Shown here: in pieces, positions 1 to 9,323 of the stretch
How the letters are laid out: the number at the start of each line of letters is the position of its first letter
Numbering within the stretch: position 1 is the first letter of the stretch
Source: Candidatus Azambacteria bacterium
Lineage (GTDB): Bacteria; Patescibacteriota; Minisyncoccia; UBA10092
Length of the DNA stretch: 64,000 bases
Assembly (NCBI GenBank): GCA_016213445.1
Contig: JACRAJ010000001.1
Location: 142,203-206,202 of the forward strand
Direction: 5' to 3'
Notes under the pieces: generated by a model
The model's database searches: none
What the model was told of the DNA's origin: nothing
The model's input: the letters and a program-made list of their open reading frames with translations, nothing else
Made by a program: the position numbers and the translations under genes

Positions 1-552
1 CGGGTTGTTTTTACTTATTTGATTGCCTATAGCCTGAATCAAATGGGTTTTACCAAGCCCCACCCCCCCGTAAATAAACAAAGGGTTGTATTTTTTTCCG
101 ATATTTTCGCTTACGGCCAAAGCCGCCGCGTGAGCAAGTTCGTTTGACGATCCGACAATAAAATTTTCAAAGGTATATCGAGGATTAAGATTGGTCAATG
201 CGTTTACGTTCAGTTCTTGAAAATCCAGTTGTTGTTTTGTCGCATCCGCGCCTTTTAAGGATGGATTTTTACTTTTAAAATCGTCTTTGCTGAAATTTTG
301 GCCTTGCTGGATTTTATAATTAACTTCTTTGATCTCCGACTCAAGATTTCTCAATGATCTTAATATAAATTTATGATATTTGTTCTCCAACCATTCTTTG
401 GTAAAGGAATTTGGAACGGCAACGGTAATTATACCGCCCTTTTTATCGACGATGGCTGTGTTTTTCAACCAGGTTTTAAAATTTGCCTTTGAAACTTGCA
501 GTTCTATTTCTCCGAGAGCCGCTTGCCAAAGTTCGTTCAATTCCATTTCCAT
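1..552 (-). CDS. dnaA: Chromosomal replication initiator DnaA, N-terminal 184 codons (partial, open at window start)
   Basis: Reverse translation from the ATG at 552-550 gives [32 protein letters not shown]... and ends ...[33 protein letters not shown], which is the DnaA AAA+ Walker A. It is missing from the ORF track because it runs off the window edge. It lies divergent from rpmH-rnpA-yidC-jag. Confidence 0.9.
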   Translation of the reverse strand, partial: MEMELNELWQAALGEIELQVSKANFKTWLKNTAIVDKKGGIITVAVPNSFTKEWLENKYHKFILRSLRNLESEIKEVNYKIQQGQNFSKDDFKSKNPSLKGADATKQQLDFQELNVNALTNLNPRYTFENFIVGSSNELAHAAALAVSENIGKKYNPLFIYGGVGLGKTHLIQAIGNQISKNNP

Positions 553-699
553 ATTTTATTTAGTATAACATCGCGCAAAATAATTTTAAGATGTTTTTAA
601 CCATACGGAAGTTTATAACTTGTGAATTATCTGTGGAAAAGTATAAATTATTAAAAATGTTTGACGCAATATTTATGTTTGTGTTAGAATATTTGCAAA
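553..699. promoter_or_regulatory. dnaA-rpmH intergenic region: divergent promoters, candidate DnaA-box/oriC-associated region
   Basis: A 147-bp AT-rich spacer. It holds imperfect DnaA-box-like 9-mers TGTGAATTA (621-629) and TGTGGAAAA (632-640). A sigma70-like promoter for rpmH reads TTGACG (661-666), 18 bp, TAGAAT (685-690). Confidence 0.4.
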
Positions 700-834
700 A
701 TGAGCAAAACTTATAAACCCAAAAAACTTAAGAGGATAAAAAAACATGGATTCTTAAAGAGAAAGAAGAGTTCCGGAGGGAGAAAAGTATTAAAAAGGCG
801 CCGACAAAAAGGCCGCCGGCGTTTGGCCGTTTGA
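700..834 (+). CDS. rpmH: 50S ribosomal protein L34
   Basis: ATG at 700 and TGA at 832-834. The 44-aa product MSKTYKPKKLKRIKKHGFLKRKKSSGGRKVLKRRRQKGRRRLAV is very basic in the L34 pattern. It is too short for the ORF track. Confidence 0.95.
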   Translation: MSKTYKPKKLKRIKKHGFLKRKKSSGGRKVLKRRRQKGRRRLAV

Positions 835-1187
835 TTTTTATGTTGCCCGCGGCAAACAGGCTGAAATCCACCGCTGATTTTGGAAAGATTTTCAAATATG
901 GAAAAGTTTCCGAAAATGAATTTCTAAGGATTAAATTTATAAAAAATCAAAAGGGCTGTTCTCGATTTGGGTTTATTGTAAGCAATAAATTCGCCAAAAA
1001 AGCCGCGGAGAGAAATTTAATAAAGCGGCGTTTAAGGGCGGCAGTCGGATTTTTATTAAAGAATGTAAAGCCGGGATTTGACGTAGCGGTTTGGCCGAAG
1101 GCGGCTTTAAAAAAATCCGAATATCGAATGTTGGTTGATAATTTAAAAAATATACTAATCAAAAATGATATCCTATTTGTTCAATGA
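831..1187 (+). CDS. rnpA: RNase P protein component
   Basis: 118 aa. Contains FGFIVSNKFAKKAAERNLIKRRLRAAV, the RnpA RNR-like motif. Follows rpmH in the canonical order. Confidence 0.9.
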   Translation: MIFMLPAANRLKSTADFGKIFKYGKVSENEFLRIKFIKNQKGCSRFGFIVSNKFAKKAAERNLIKRRLRAAVGFLLKNVKPGFDVAVWPKAALKKSEYRMLVDNLKNILIKNDILFVQ

Positions 1188-1899
1188 AATATTTTATCGG
1201 CCGCTTTTAAACGGCTTGATTTTTTTGTATAACATTATTCCGGGCCACGATTTCGGCGTCGCTATTATTATTTTAACCGCGATCATTCGGTTGATTCTTT
1301 GGCCGATGACGAATAAAAGTCTTAAAAACCAGAAAATTCTAGCTAAAATTCAACCGAAAGCCGCGGAAATAAAAAATAAGTTTAAAAACAACAAGGAAGC
1401 GCAAGCGAAGGCGCTCATGGCGCTTTATTCCGAAAATAAAATCAACCCTCTTTCCGGTTTTTTGCCCATTATCATTCAAATTCCCATTCTTTTGGCTCTT
1501 TGGCAGGTTTTTCTGCACAGTCTAAATTCGGATTTAGGCTCTCTTTATTCGTTTGTTTCGGCGCCGGGCAAGATACAGACGGTTTTTTTGGGAATTATTG
1601 ATTTGTCCCATAAAAATATGGTATTAGCCATATTATCAGGCGTTTTACAATATATTCAGACAAAAATGATTATGCCCGTTCCCGTTAAATCCGGCGGAAA
1701 TAATCGGGGACCTGCCGGAGCCCCCGATTTCGGCAGCATGATGTCAAAGCAGATGCTTTATTTTATGCCGGTTTTAAGCGTAATCATTTTTTGGTCGCTA
1801 CCCGCGGCTTTGCCGCTTTACTGGATTGTAACGACGCTTTTCGCTATACTTCAGCAATATCTCAACCAAAATGAACGAGGAGAAATTACTAAAAGTTAA
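1165..1899 (+). CDS. yidC: Membrane protein insertase YidC/Oxa1 (short form)
   Basis: 244 aa with multiple TM segments and the motif NPLSGFLPIIIQIPILLALWQVF. Sits in the rnpA-yidC-jag synteny. Confidence 0.9.
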   Translation: MISYLFNEIFYRPLLNGLIFLYNIIPGHDFGVAIIILTAIIRLILWPMTNKSLKNQKILAKIQPKAAEIKNKFKNNKEAQAKALMALYSENKINPLSGFLPIIIQIPILLALWQVFLHSLNSDLGSLYSFVSAPGKIQTVFLGIIDLSHKNMVLAILSGVLQYIQTKMIMPVPVKSGGNNRGPAGAPDFGSMMSKQMLYFMPVLSVIIFWSLPAALPLYWIVTTLFAILQQYLNQNERGEITKS

Positions 1900-2335
1900 A
1901 AATATTGTTTACGACTTTTTTGTTAAAAGCAGAATTGCCGATTTTGAAATCAAAACCGTTGAAGCGTCCGCCGACGGTTCAATAAATATTTCAATTTCGG
2001 CGAAAGAAACTGGTTTTTATATCGGTGAAAATGGCAAGCATATTCCCGCTTTTGAAATTCTTTTGCGCTTAATCATAAAAAAACAAATCGAGTCGGCGCC
2101 CTTAATTCATCTTGATATTAATAATTATAGAAATCTAAAAGACGATTCTTTGCGGGAGCTTGCCAAAAAAGCGGCGCGACGCGCCAGATTCTACAAACAG
2201 CCTGTGGCTTTGGAAGCGATGACGGCTTACGAAAGAAGAATCGTCCATACGGAACTTGCCGCTCATCCGGATATAAAAACCGAAAGCGCCGGCGAAGGCG
2301 CGCAAAGAAGGGTGGTCGTGAAATATATTGATTAA
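1871..2335 (+). CDS. jag: Jag/KhpB-like RNA-binding protein (KH + R3H)
   Basis: 154 aa. The C-terminal YERRIVHTELAAHPDIKTESAGEGAQRRVVV is an R3H motif. Located downstream of yidC. Confidence 0.8.
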   Translation: MNEEKLLKVKNIVYDFFVKSRIADFEIKTVEASADGSINISISAKETGFYIGENGKHIPAFEILLRLIIKKQIESAPLIHLDINNYRNLKDDSLRELAKKAARRARFYKQPVALEAMTAYERRIVHTELAAHPDIKTESAGEGAQRRVVVKYID

Positions 2336-2337
2336 AT

Positions 2338-3435
2338 TTATTTCAAATTCAATTGGTATAAAAGCCCGCTGTTTCGGGATAAAAATATTAAACTGCCGCC
2401 GTCCGAACTTATATTGAGATCCGAAATGTCCCCTATCGCTTGGTATATGATATTTTTTTCTCCGGTTTCAACGTTGATTTTTATAAGATCGTCGACGGTT
2501 GAAAACACTTTTTTATAATAATCATCGGGCAATAGCACCGCAGAATATGGCCAAGATTGGGGAACGGCACAGTATATGTTTATAGAATCTCCAGCCCAAG
2601 CGCATTTATCGATTAATGTCGAGGTGTTTTCAATAATTCTTGAAACGCCTTTTTTATAAACAGCCAATGACGGATTTCGGCCGCTTTCGTCCGCATAGGA
2701 ATATATAAAACTGTCGCCGTTTGGCGCCCAAAGGGTTTCCAGGCCGCGCAAATCGCCTATTATTTTTGCCAAAACGAGATTTACCGTGTTTAAAGTCCAT
2801 GCATTTCCCGTTATCAGGCCGCTGGGTTTTGAAGTTAAGCTTATAGTATTATTTTTAGGCCACGATAATTTAATGTCGCGCAATTTAAAAGATGTTATTA
2901 AAGATTTTTGTTTTTTGCCGTCGGGGTTGCTGGTGTATAGAGAATTTATATTTGAATTTCCGGAAATGTGATAAACCATTTTGGCGCCATCGGGAGAAAA
3001 AGCCGCGGATTTTATATTGGCGGTTAAATTGGCGGATATTTTTTTGGCAAAATCGTTGAACACATAACGGCTGTCAAATTGTTCCGATCCCGCTTTAACC
3101 ATATTTTTTCCGTTTAACGACCAAATTATTTCGGCCGGATTTTCAATGGCCGTTTGATCCGTTAAAATCGGCTTGGCGTCGCCGGTTTTAAATTGCCAAA
3201 GCTGGCCGGAAAAATCGTAGAACAAAATTTCATCGCCGCTCCAGCGCGCAGAAACAACCGGATCGTCGCTTATCGGTTTCCATCCGGCAGCCGCCTCTTG
3301 GCCGGGAGCGGCGAATCCCGCGCCGGGAGTGGTTACGGGTTTTGCGGATTTAAAAAATAAATACCAAACCACTCCCCCGATTATCGCGAGGCTGGCGAGT
3401 ATTACTAAAATTATGTATAAGGTTTTTTTGGACAT
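2338..3435 (-). CDS. N-terminally anchored TolB/PD40-like beta-propeller repeat protein
   Basis: 365 aa with one N-terminal TM. Repeated SPDG/APNGD/SSDGGS propeller-blade-like motifs are present. It is the last gene of the minus-strand T4SS-like gene string. Confidence 0.55.
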   Translation of the reverse strand: MSKKTLYIILVILASLAIIGGVVWYLFFKSAKPVTTPGAGFAAPGQEAAAGWKPISDDPVVSARWSGDEILFYDFSGQLWQFKTGDAKPILTDQTAIENPAEIIWSLNGKNMVKAGSEQFDSRYVFNDFAKKISANLTANIKSAAFSPDGAKMVYHISGNSNINSLYTSNPDGKKQKSLITSFKLRDIKLSWPKNNTISLTSKPSGLITGNAWTLNTVNLVLAKIIGDLRGLETLWAPNGDSFIYSYADESGRNPSLAVYKKGVSRIIENTSTLIDKCAWAGDSINIYCAVPQSWPYSAVLLPDDYYKKVFSTVDDLIKINVETGEKNIIYQAIGDISDLNISSDGGSLIFLSRNSGLLYQLNLK

Positions 3436-3450
3436 AGTTATTTTAAGATT

Positions 3451-3957
3451 TTACCAAGCGCCTCCCGCGCCTCCACCGCCGTATTTTCCACCTCCACCTC
3501 CTTTAAACTCTTCAGCCGGTTGGGGGAATGAGCCGCCCTTAAATTGAAGTAGATCAATTTTGGGATTTCTTAAATTTACCAAATCGGGATTAATTGTTCT
3601 TAGTAAAAGATAAGACACAAGCATTAGCCCGAGTCCGAGAAGGGCTTGTTTTATCATATCCTTGGCGTCTTCAACTTTAGCGATGTTGCCGGCGGCCAAA
3701 ATATACATAACGCCGCCGATTGTCATAAAACCCAAAGCAAAAAAAGTAATAAGCCCCAAGCCGAATATGAATAAATAATTTATATATGAAGGCAGTTCCT
3801 GGCCGGCCGGGATTACGGGAACGCCGGGCAGTCCGGTTTCAAGCCGGACTTGAGCTTGAACGGAAGCAACAAGCGGCATAAAACAAGCGATGAGTATAAA
3901 AACAATCAGTAAGATTTTTTTATTTTGATTTTTAATTTTCCATGTCGCCTGTCGCAT
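3451..3957 (-). CDS. T4SS pilin-like (VirB2/TrbC-like) small membrane protein with Gly-rich tail
   Basis: 168 aa with a signal/TM segment followed by two hydrophobic helices. These flank AAGNIAKVEDAKDMIKQALLGLGLMLVSYLLLRTINP, a pattern typical of CPR/Gram-positive T4SS pilin-like proteins. The C-terminus is GGGGGKYGGGGAGGAW. The gene sits in the VirB4 cluster. Confidence 0.55.
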   Translation of the reverse strand: MRQATWKIKNQNKKILLIVFILIACFMPLVASVQAQVRLETGLPGVPVIPAGQELPSYINYLFIFGLGLITFFALGFMTIGGVMYILAAGNIAKVEDAKDMIKQALLGLGLMLVSYLLLRTINPDLVNLRNPKIDLLQFKGGSFPQPAEEFKGGGGGKYGGGGAGGAW

Positions 3958-3961
3958 GTTG

Positions 3962-5008
3962 CTATTTTACTTGAAGATTAATTGTTGATTGGGCCGTTTC
4001 CGTTTCATTGGCCGGATTTTTAATTATTGTTTGAATTTGAACTGAAAAAAATTGGCTGAAATTTGAAAGATCAAGCGAGGCCAGCCACGGTTTATCGGTT
4101 TCCGCGGGAACTTCATTGCTATTTACAAACCATTGCCATTTTAAGTCCTTGTCCGGAGAATTGAAGAAGTAATTTTTGGCGATAAAATTAAAAACTGCCG
4201 GGATTGTGATCAAATTTTTCAAGGCGCCGCCATACGGACTGTTCGTTTCGAGATTATTGAAATAAATCAAAGTTTGCGGCCTGACTACGGGAATTGTAAT
4301 GTTTTTAATTGCGGAAACGGTGGCATCGGCAGTTTTAATTTCGAGGCGCAATGACTTTTCGCTTCCGGCGAAATCGTCGATTTTTAAAATAAAGTCCGAT
4401 TTGTTGAGTCCTGATTTGCTTTTGGATAATTTGTCATCGATAGTCCAGTTGAAAATTAAATCGTCGGCGCTAATCAACGTCTTGGATCCCGGCCGATAAA
4501 TGAAAGGCAGCGCCGAAACGACTATTGTTGAATTTTGAGTCGGCAATAATTTTCCTTTATATGAAGCCGGCGCTTCCGAAGACGCGCTCCATGTAATGTC
4601 GAAATCGCTCACCGTAAAAAATGTCGAGTCGGACAAATTGTCTCCCGCCGGCGTTGAAACGTTTACATTTACTCTATAAACGGCGCCTAAATTTCCGACT
4701 TGAAAAGCGTAAATATTTTTATTGACGCCGGACGCGTTATTTTGTTTGACGCCGTTTAAAAACCAGGTGTAATCGGAATTCTCGACATTAGCCGGCCCCG
4801 AAAGATTGGCAATGACGGTGATTACGGAATTCGGCAATGGCGTTGCGGGATCCAAGTTTAAAGAAAGCGTCGGTTTTATGTTTAGGCTCGGCAATTGGTT
4901 GGCGCCCAAGTTGAATTGGGCGTTTGTAATGGCGGGCAATAAAACGATAAGTAAAAAACCCGAGCGCGCGAGGAAAAATTTATTTTTGTTTGGGTTTGAT
5001 GCAGTCAT
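3962..5008 (-). CDS. Secreted hypothetical protein (beta-rich, repeat-like)
   Basis: 348 aa with an N-terminal signal-like segment. Composition is rich in N, S and T, with no recognisable catalytic motif. Spacing is operonic. Confidence 0.6.
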   Translation of the reverse strand: MTASNPNKNKFFLARSGFLLIVLLPAITNAQFNLGANQLPSLNIKPTLSLNLDPATPLPNSVITVIANLSGPANVENSDYTWFLNGVKQNNASGVNKNIYAFQVGNLGAVYRVNVNVSTPAGDNLSDSTFFTVSDFDITWSASSEAPASYKGKLLPTQNSTIVVSALPFIYRPGSKTLISADDLIFNWTIDDKLSKSKSGLNKSDFILKIDDFAGSEKSLRLEIKTADATVSAIKNITIPVVRPQTLIYFNNLETNSPYGGALKNLITIPAVFNFIAKNYFFNSPDKDLKWQWFVNSNEVPAETDKPWLASLDLSNFSQFFSVQIQTIIKNPANETETAQSTINLQVK

Positions 5009-5014
5009 TTTATT

Positions 5015-5464
5015 TTATTTTGGTGTTATTTTGGAAGCTTCTTTTATCGCTTCGCCGGCCATGGGAATTTTTTCCGCTTTTACCAAGAAGTAAAGAATTA
5101 AAACGGAAACAACCCAGCCGAACCAATTAACAACCGGAATCAGATTCGCCAATCCTCCTCCGAACGCCAGCCACCAATATTGCCCAAGGCCTTTATGTTG
5201 CAGATAAAACCAGAAAATTGCCGTTGCCGCCAAGTCTAAAATCGGCTCTGCGACCGCATAAATCACCAGGCCGACAATCGGAATCAGGGCAATAATCGTC
5301 AAAAGAATAAAAAGAATGTCTATGTAGCCGGCGCCCAAAAATAACAGCAGCCATTCCGCGAAATCAATCTCGGCGCCGCTTTCGGTTTCCGATTCCTGCG
5401 ACTTCGCGCTTATTTTTTCTTTAAAAGCGCCTCTTTTTTGTTGTAAATTTTCCGCTAAAGCCAT
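5015..5464 (-). CDS. Polytopic small membrane protein, hypothetical
   Basis: 149 aa with 3-4 predicted hydrophobic helices. Lies between VirB4 and the secreted protein. Confidence 0.6.
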   Translation of the reverse strand: MALAENLQQKRGAFKEKISAKSQESETESGAEIDFAEWLLLFLGAGYIDILFILLTIIALIPIVGLVIYAVAEPILDLAATAIFWFYLQHKGLGQYWWLAFGGGLANLIPVVNWFGWVVSVLILYFLVKAEKIPMAGEAIKEASKITPK

Positions 5465-5485
5465 TATATGTTTAATTATACAATA

Positions 5486-7273
5486 TTACGGCGCCAGTGT
5501 CTCGGCGCGCTCCAGTTCTTTTTTAGCCTGTTCTATTTGTAAAAGCTGGGCGGGATCGGAAGTGATTATTTGGTCTTCGGTGTAGGAAGCGATTACTTTG
5601 ATGGCGACGTGCTTGGAACCGGCGAAAAACAAGCCTTCGCCGACGTCCGATTCAAGAAGCAGGAATTTTTCCTCGTCGGTTAAATTAAAAGTTTTTTGGA
5701 TAACGTCTATGTTCGCCGGCGATTGTTTAAACAAAAATTGAAGCGACGAGTTGGTTAAAATCGGCTTGCCGTACGGAGAGTTTATAAAATCGCTTACGTC
5801 TTGAGTGATGGTCGTGACCCCCAAAAAATATTTTCTGGCGCGCTTGGCGATGCCGAACAAAAACGAGGCGCCGTCGTCGTGTTTCATCAGCCACCAAGCT
5901 TCGTCAACCATGAGGATTCTTTTTTTAAGTTCCGAACGAACCATGTTCCAGATAAAGTGAAGAATTATGTACATTGCCGCGGGCCGCAATTCTTCTTCCA
6001 TATCCCTGATGCTGAAAACCACCAGTTTGTTTTTTATTTCGAGATTTGTCCTATTGTTCAAAAATCCCGCGTAAGAACCGGTGACATATTTTTCAAGCCG
6101 GCGGCTTAGCGATTCGGCTCCGGCCATGCTGTCTAAAACAGTTTTTAAATCGGACATTGTCGGCATTACGGCTTTCGAAAAATCGGAATTCGGCGTTATG
6201 TCGCGGCTGGCGTAGGTTTGGGTGATGGCAGAATCGATAATAGCGTCTTCTTCAGGCGTGAGTCCCCCGAGCATTATGCGGATCAGTCCCACCAAACTAA
6301 TGACTCCCGATCTTAAAATGTCGGCCGGATTTTCACCCTCCTTGGGAATTGGCAAATCAAACGGATTAAGGTGGTTTTCCGAAGTGAGTGAAATTTTGAA
6401 AAAAGCGCCGCCTATTGTTTCGGCGAGATATTGATATTCATTTTCAGGGTCGATTACGATAACATCGGTTCCGAACATTAGCGAACGCAAAATTTCGAGT
6501 TTCGACGCATAAGATTTGCCGCCTCCGGATTTGCCGAAAACCACGGTATTGGCATTTTCCAAGGAAAAGCGGTCGAAAAGAACCAGTGAATTGTTGTGGC
6601 GGTTGATGCCGTAAAGAATGCCGTTGTCGGAAGTTAAATCCGATGAAACAAAAGGAAAGGTGGCGGCAATCGGCCCCGAATTCATCGGGGTGTTTATCTC
6701 CAATTCATCCGTCATCAGGGGAAGAGTTGATTTAAAGCCCTTGTCTTGCTGATAAATCGCCGACTTGCTGTACGCGAGCTTGGTATCCAAAATCGAACGC
6801 AGGGAAGTTTCCATTTTATTCAGTTCTTCAAGCGAATTGCCGTAAAGGGTGATATATAACCCGAATTTAAAAAATTTTTCTCTCGCTTGCTGAAGTTTGT
6901 CGCGCAAGTCTTCAAGGTCTTGATAGGCGGTTTCAAGCATCGGATCGCGCACCAAGCCCTTTTCCTCCCGCATGCTGATTTCCGACGCCACTTGCGCCAC
7001 TTTTTTCCTCAAGCTTTTCAAGGCCGCGCCGGTGTCGATGGGATGGATAAAAAAACTCACATCCAAAGTTTTGTCTAAATTTATAACTTCGGAAAACCAG
7101 TTGGTGTTTAAAAATCTGGGGTAGTTGAAAACAAAAAAAGTCCGCGCCAGTTTTTTATTGAGCCGCAAAAAAGACGGATCGATTTCCAAAGCCGCCGGCG
7201 CCAAAATACTGCGCAAATCCGCGGCCGCGGCGTTTGTTATTTGTTCTTTTTTATTTGAAAATATGGGTGTCAT
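5486..7273 (-). CDS. virB4: VirB4/TrbE/PrgJ-family T4SS ATPase (ATPase portion)
   Basis: 595 aa. Walker A is VVFGKSGGGKSYASK. Also present are VIDPENEY and the Walker B-like RILMVDEAWWLM. Confidence 0.9.
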   Translation of the reverse strand: MTPIFSNKKEQITNAAAADLRSILAPAALEIDPSFLRLNKKLARTFFVFNYPRFLNTNWFSEVINLDKTLDVSFFIHPIDTGAALKSLRKKVAQVASEISMREEKGLVRDPMLETAYQDLEDLRDKLQQAREKFFKFGLYITLYGNSLEELNKMETSLRSILDTKLAYSKSAIYQQDKGFKSTLPLMTDELEINTPMNSGPIAATFPFVSSDLTSDNGILYGINRHNNSLVLFDRFSLENANTVVFGKSGGGKSYASKLEILRSLMFGTDVIVIDPENEYQYLAETIGGAFFKISLTSENHLNPFDLPIPKEGENPADILRSGVISLVGLIRIMLGGLTPEEDAIIDSAITQTYASRDITPNSDFSKAVMPTMSDLKTVLDSMAGAESLSRRLEKYVTGSYAGFLNNRTNLEIKNKLVVFSIRDMEEELRPAAMYIILHFIWNMVRSELKKRILMVDEAWWLMKHDDGASFLFGIAKRARKYFLGVTTITQDVSDFINSPYGKPILTNSSLQFLFKQSPANIDVIQKTFNLTDEEKFLLLESDVGEGLFFAGSKHVAIKVIASYTEDQIITSDPAQLLQIEQAKKELERAETLAP

Positions 7274-7901
7274 ATTCTTCGGGATTGTAGAGATTATAAA
7301 ACAATTCCAGCAATTCTTCAGTGTTAAGCGCCGTCGCTTTAACGCCCACGTGGGCCAGAGTTAAAATAATATGTTCAACGCGCTGAAATAATTGATTTTT
7401 ATATTCCTGAAATTTTTCTTCGGAAAGTTCCGGAGTTTTCGGAGAAACTATTTTTAAAAGCGAACCGACTTTTTCAAGCGGGCTTTCCGCCTTGGATTCG
7501 ATCGGATCAAAGGGAATGATTGTGTAAAACCTTTTTACCATTATATCCGAAAGCGAAACGAAATTTCTTATGAAATCCGCATATTCGGCGGTTTGAATTT
7601 TCAAAAGCTCGTTTTCCTGCGTTTTTAATTTTTCTTCAAGCGACGCCAAATAGGGTTTGATATCCAATTTTCTCGAATGAATCACTATTTGCAATGGCCA
7701 GTCGAAAGAATTTAGGAAATCGGCATAGGCGCTGATGATGGCGTTTTGACTGTCGATTGATTCCAATTCCAAATTTCTCGAGCCGCACATCAAAACCGCG
7801 CGGAGCCCGCCGTTTTTTAAAATGATAACGCCATCGCGGATTTTTTCTATGTCGAGAAATTCCTGCGTGGCGGGTCCCTTTGTTGTTTTTTCTTCAGCCA
7901 T
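7251..7901 (-). CDS. VirB4 N-terminal-domain-like protein (separate ORF overlapping virB4 by 23 nt)
   Basis: 216 aa. Contains EFLDIEKIRDGVIILKNGGLRAVLMCGSRNLELES...QNAIISAYADFLNSFDWPLQIVIHSR, resembling the N-domain of Gram-positive VirB4 proteins. 216 + 595 aa is close to the usual full VirB4 length. Confidence 0.6.
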   Translation of the reverse strand: MAEEKTTKGPATQEFLDIEKIRDGVIILKNGGLRAVLMCGSRNLELESIDSQNAIISAYADFLNSFDWPLQIVIHSRKLDIKPYLASLEEKLKTQENELLKIQTAEYADFIRNFVSLSDIMVKRFYTIIPFDPIESKAESPLEKVGSLLKIVSPKTPELSEEKFQEYKNQLFQRVEHIILTLAHVGVKATALNTEELLELFYNLYNPEEYDTHIFK

Positions 7902-7911
7902 GGCTGGTTAA

Positions 7912-8319
7912 TTACTTGGTGCCGGTGTCTAATTTTAATGCCAGTTCTTTTAATTTGGAAGGGGTTATTTTTTCTTCTTGCGGCGCGGGTGCTTGCGGTT
8001 GAATTTTTTTTTCGATTTTTTCCGGCTCGGCCGCTTTTTCGGGGGCGCTGGAAAAAAGGTAAAGGCGGGGCTTGGTGAAATATCTCAAAAATGCCAGGAA
8101 AAAATAAACAAACGGCCGGTCATTTATTTTTAAAAATGCGAAAGCAACGGCTATGGCGATAACGGGAACGGCAACAATTATCCAAACATACAAATTAAAA
8201 ATAAACCAAAGAACAAAAAGGATCGCGCCGGCGAAAGCCAGATATAAGAATTGTTTGAGCGTTAAAGGCCCGATGATTCTGTCTTCCGCTTCAATAAATT
8301 GTGGCACTTGGTACTGCAT
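7912..8319 (-). CDS. PrgI/VirB3-like small T4SS membrane protein
   Basis: 135 aa. The N-terminus MQYQVPQFIEAEDRIIGPLTLKQFLYLAFAGAILFVLW matches the PrgI-family pattern with two TM segments. Lies immediately upstream of VirB4. Confidence 0.7.
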   Translation of the reverse strand: MQYQVPQFIEAEDRIIGPLTLKQFLYLAFAGAILFVLWFIFNLYVWIIVAVPVIAIAVAFAFLKINDRPFVYFFLAFLRYFTKPRLYLFSSAPEKAAEPEKIEKKIQPQAPAPQEEKITPSKLKELALKLDTGTK

Positions 8320-9288
8320 TTAAAACTCTCCTTTGTCTTGCCTTAAATCGAGGATATTTTTGGCGGAGTTTGTTGGGGGCGCGCCGGAAGGTTTCATTAT
8401 ATATTGAGGCGCCAGTTCGCGATTTTGCTGAACCGGAATGGGCGGCGCGGTTGGCGTTGGACTTGGAATTTCAACAGGTTCCCTGTATGTATCGACCGGC
8501 TTTTGCGCGGGCATTGAAATTTTATGAGGTTCAGCTTCAATAAGCGGCGGCATTGCGGGCTTTGGAGCCGGCGCGGCTGGCGCCAGGGGCATCGGCCTTA
8601 TCGAAAAAACCGGCTTGGGCGCCGCCGGAGCCGGAGTTTCCGCCAAGGGCGGACCAGCCTTGGGCTGGGGCGCGGCTGGCATCGGCGCCGGAGGCGCCGT
8701 TGGTTTGGGCGTGATTGGCATCTCCGCTAAAGGCGGACCAGCCTCGGGTTGGGGCGCCGGCGGCGTTGGCATCGGCGCAACCGGCACTTTTCTTAAATCG
8801 ACAACTTCCGGCGCCGGGGGCATTGCCGCCGGTTCGCGGTATTTATCGAAAATTGGTTTGGGAGCCGCTGGCGCCGCAGGCTGTGGCATCGGCGTCGGTT
8901 GAGGCGCGGGCGTCGGTTGAGGCGTTGGAATCGCGCCTGGCGGTGCGACGATGGGTTGGGGCGGAATCGGCACGGGCGCGGGCGCTAAAGGCGCCAATAA
9001 TGGCGCCAAAAGTTCAGCGTTTAATTCCTGCGCCAGACTCGTCGCGATTTGCGTGTCGGATGTGATTTGCGAGTTAATTTCTTGCGTCAAAGATGTTGGC
9101 GGGATTATTCCTAAAATAATGTCGCCGATTACTCTTGCCAAAAGCGAAACTTGATCATCGTCTAAACCGTATTTTTTTCCGATTCTATCAATAGTGTCGG
9201 CCGTGGCGTCGGAAAATAGCGCCTCTTGCAATTGAGGCGGCAATTTACCGAATAATTTTATTTTTTCTTCTCTGGTTATTTCGGGCAT
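8320..9288 (-). CDS. Proline-rich repeat protein, hypothetical
   Basis: 322 aa. A helical N-domain is followed by PxP-rich repeats (...PQPEAGPPLAEMP... / ...PQPKAGPPLAETP...). The plus-strand ORFs in this interval are antisense artefacts. Confidence 0.7.
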   Translation of the reverse strand: MPEITREEKIKLFGKLPPQLQEALFSDATADTIDRIGKKYGLDDDQVSLLARVIGDIILGIIPPTSLTQEINSQITSDTQIATSLAQELNAELLAPLLAPLAPAPVPIPPQPIVAPPGAIPTPQPTPAPQPTPMPQPAAPAAPKPIFDKYREPAAMPPAPEVVDLRKVPVAPMPTPPAPQPEAGPPLAEMPITPKPTAPPAPMPAAPQPKAGPPLAETPAPAAPKPVFSIRPMPLAPAAPAPKPAMPPLIEAEPHKISMPAQKPVDTYREPVEIPSPTPTAPPIPVQQNRELAPQYIMKPSGAPPTNSAKNILDLRQDKGEF

Positions 9289-9323
9289 TTTAATTGGTTA
9301 AAAATTTAAGTCGTGTAAATTGC

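Noticed and set aside
8524-9154. Several plus-strand ORFs (G/A/R-rich) inside the proline-rich gene
   Set aside because: They are the mirror image of a Pro/Ala-rich coding strand (CCN/GCN read antisense as GGN/NGC). The minus-strand gene fits operon spacing.
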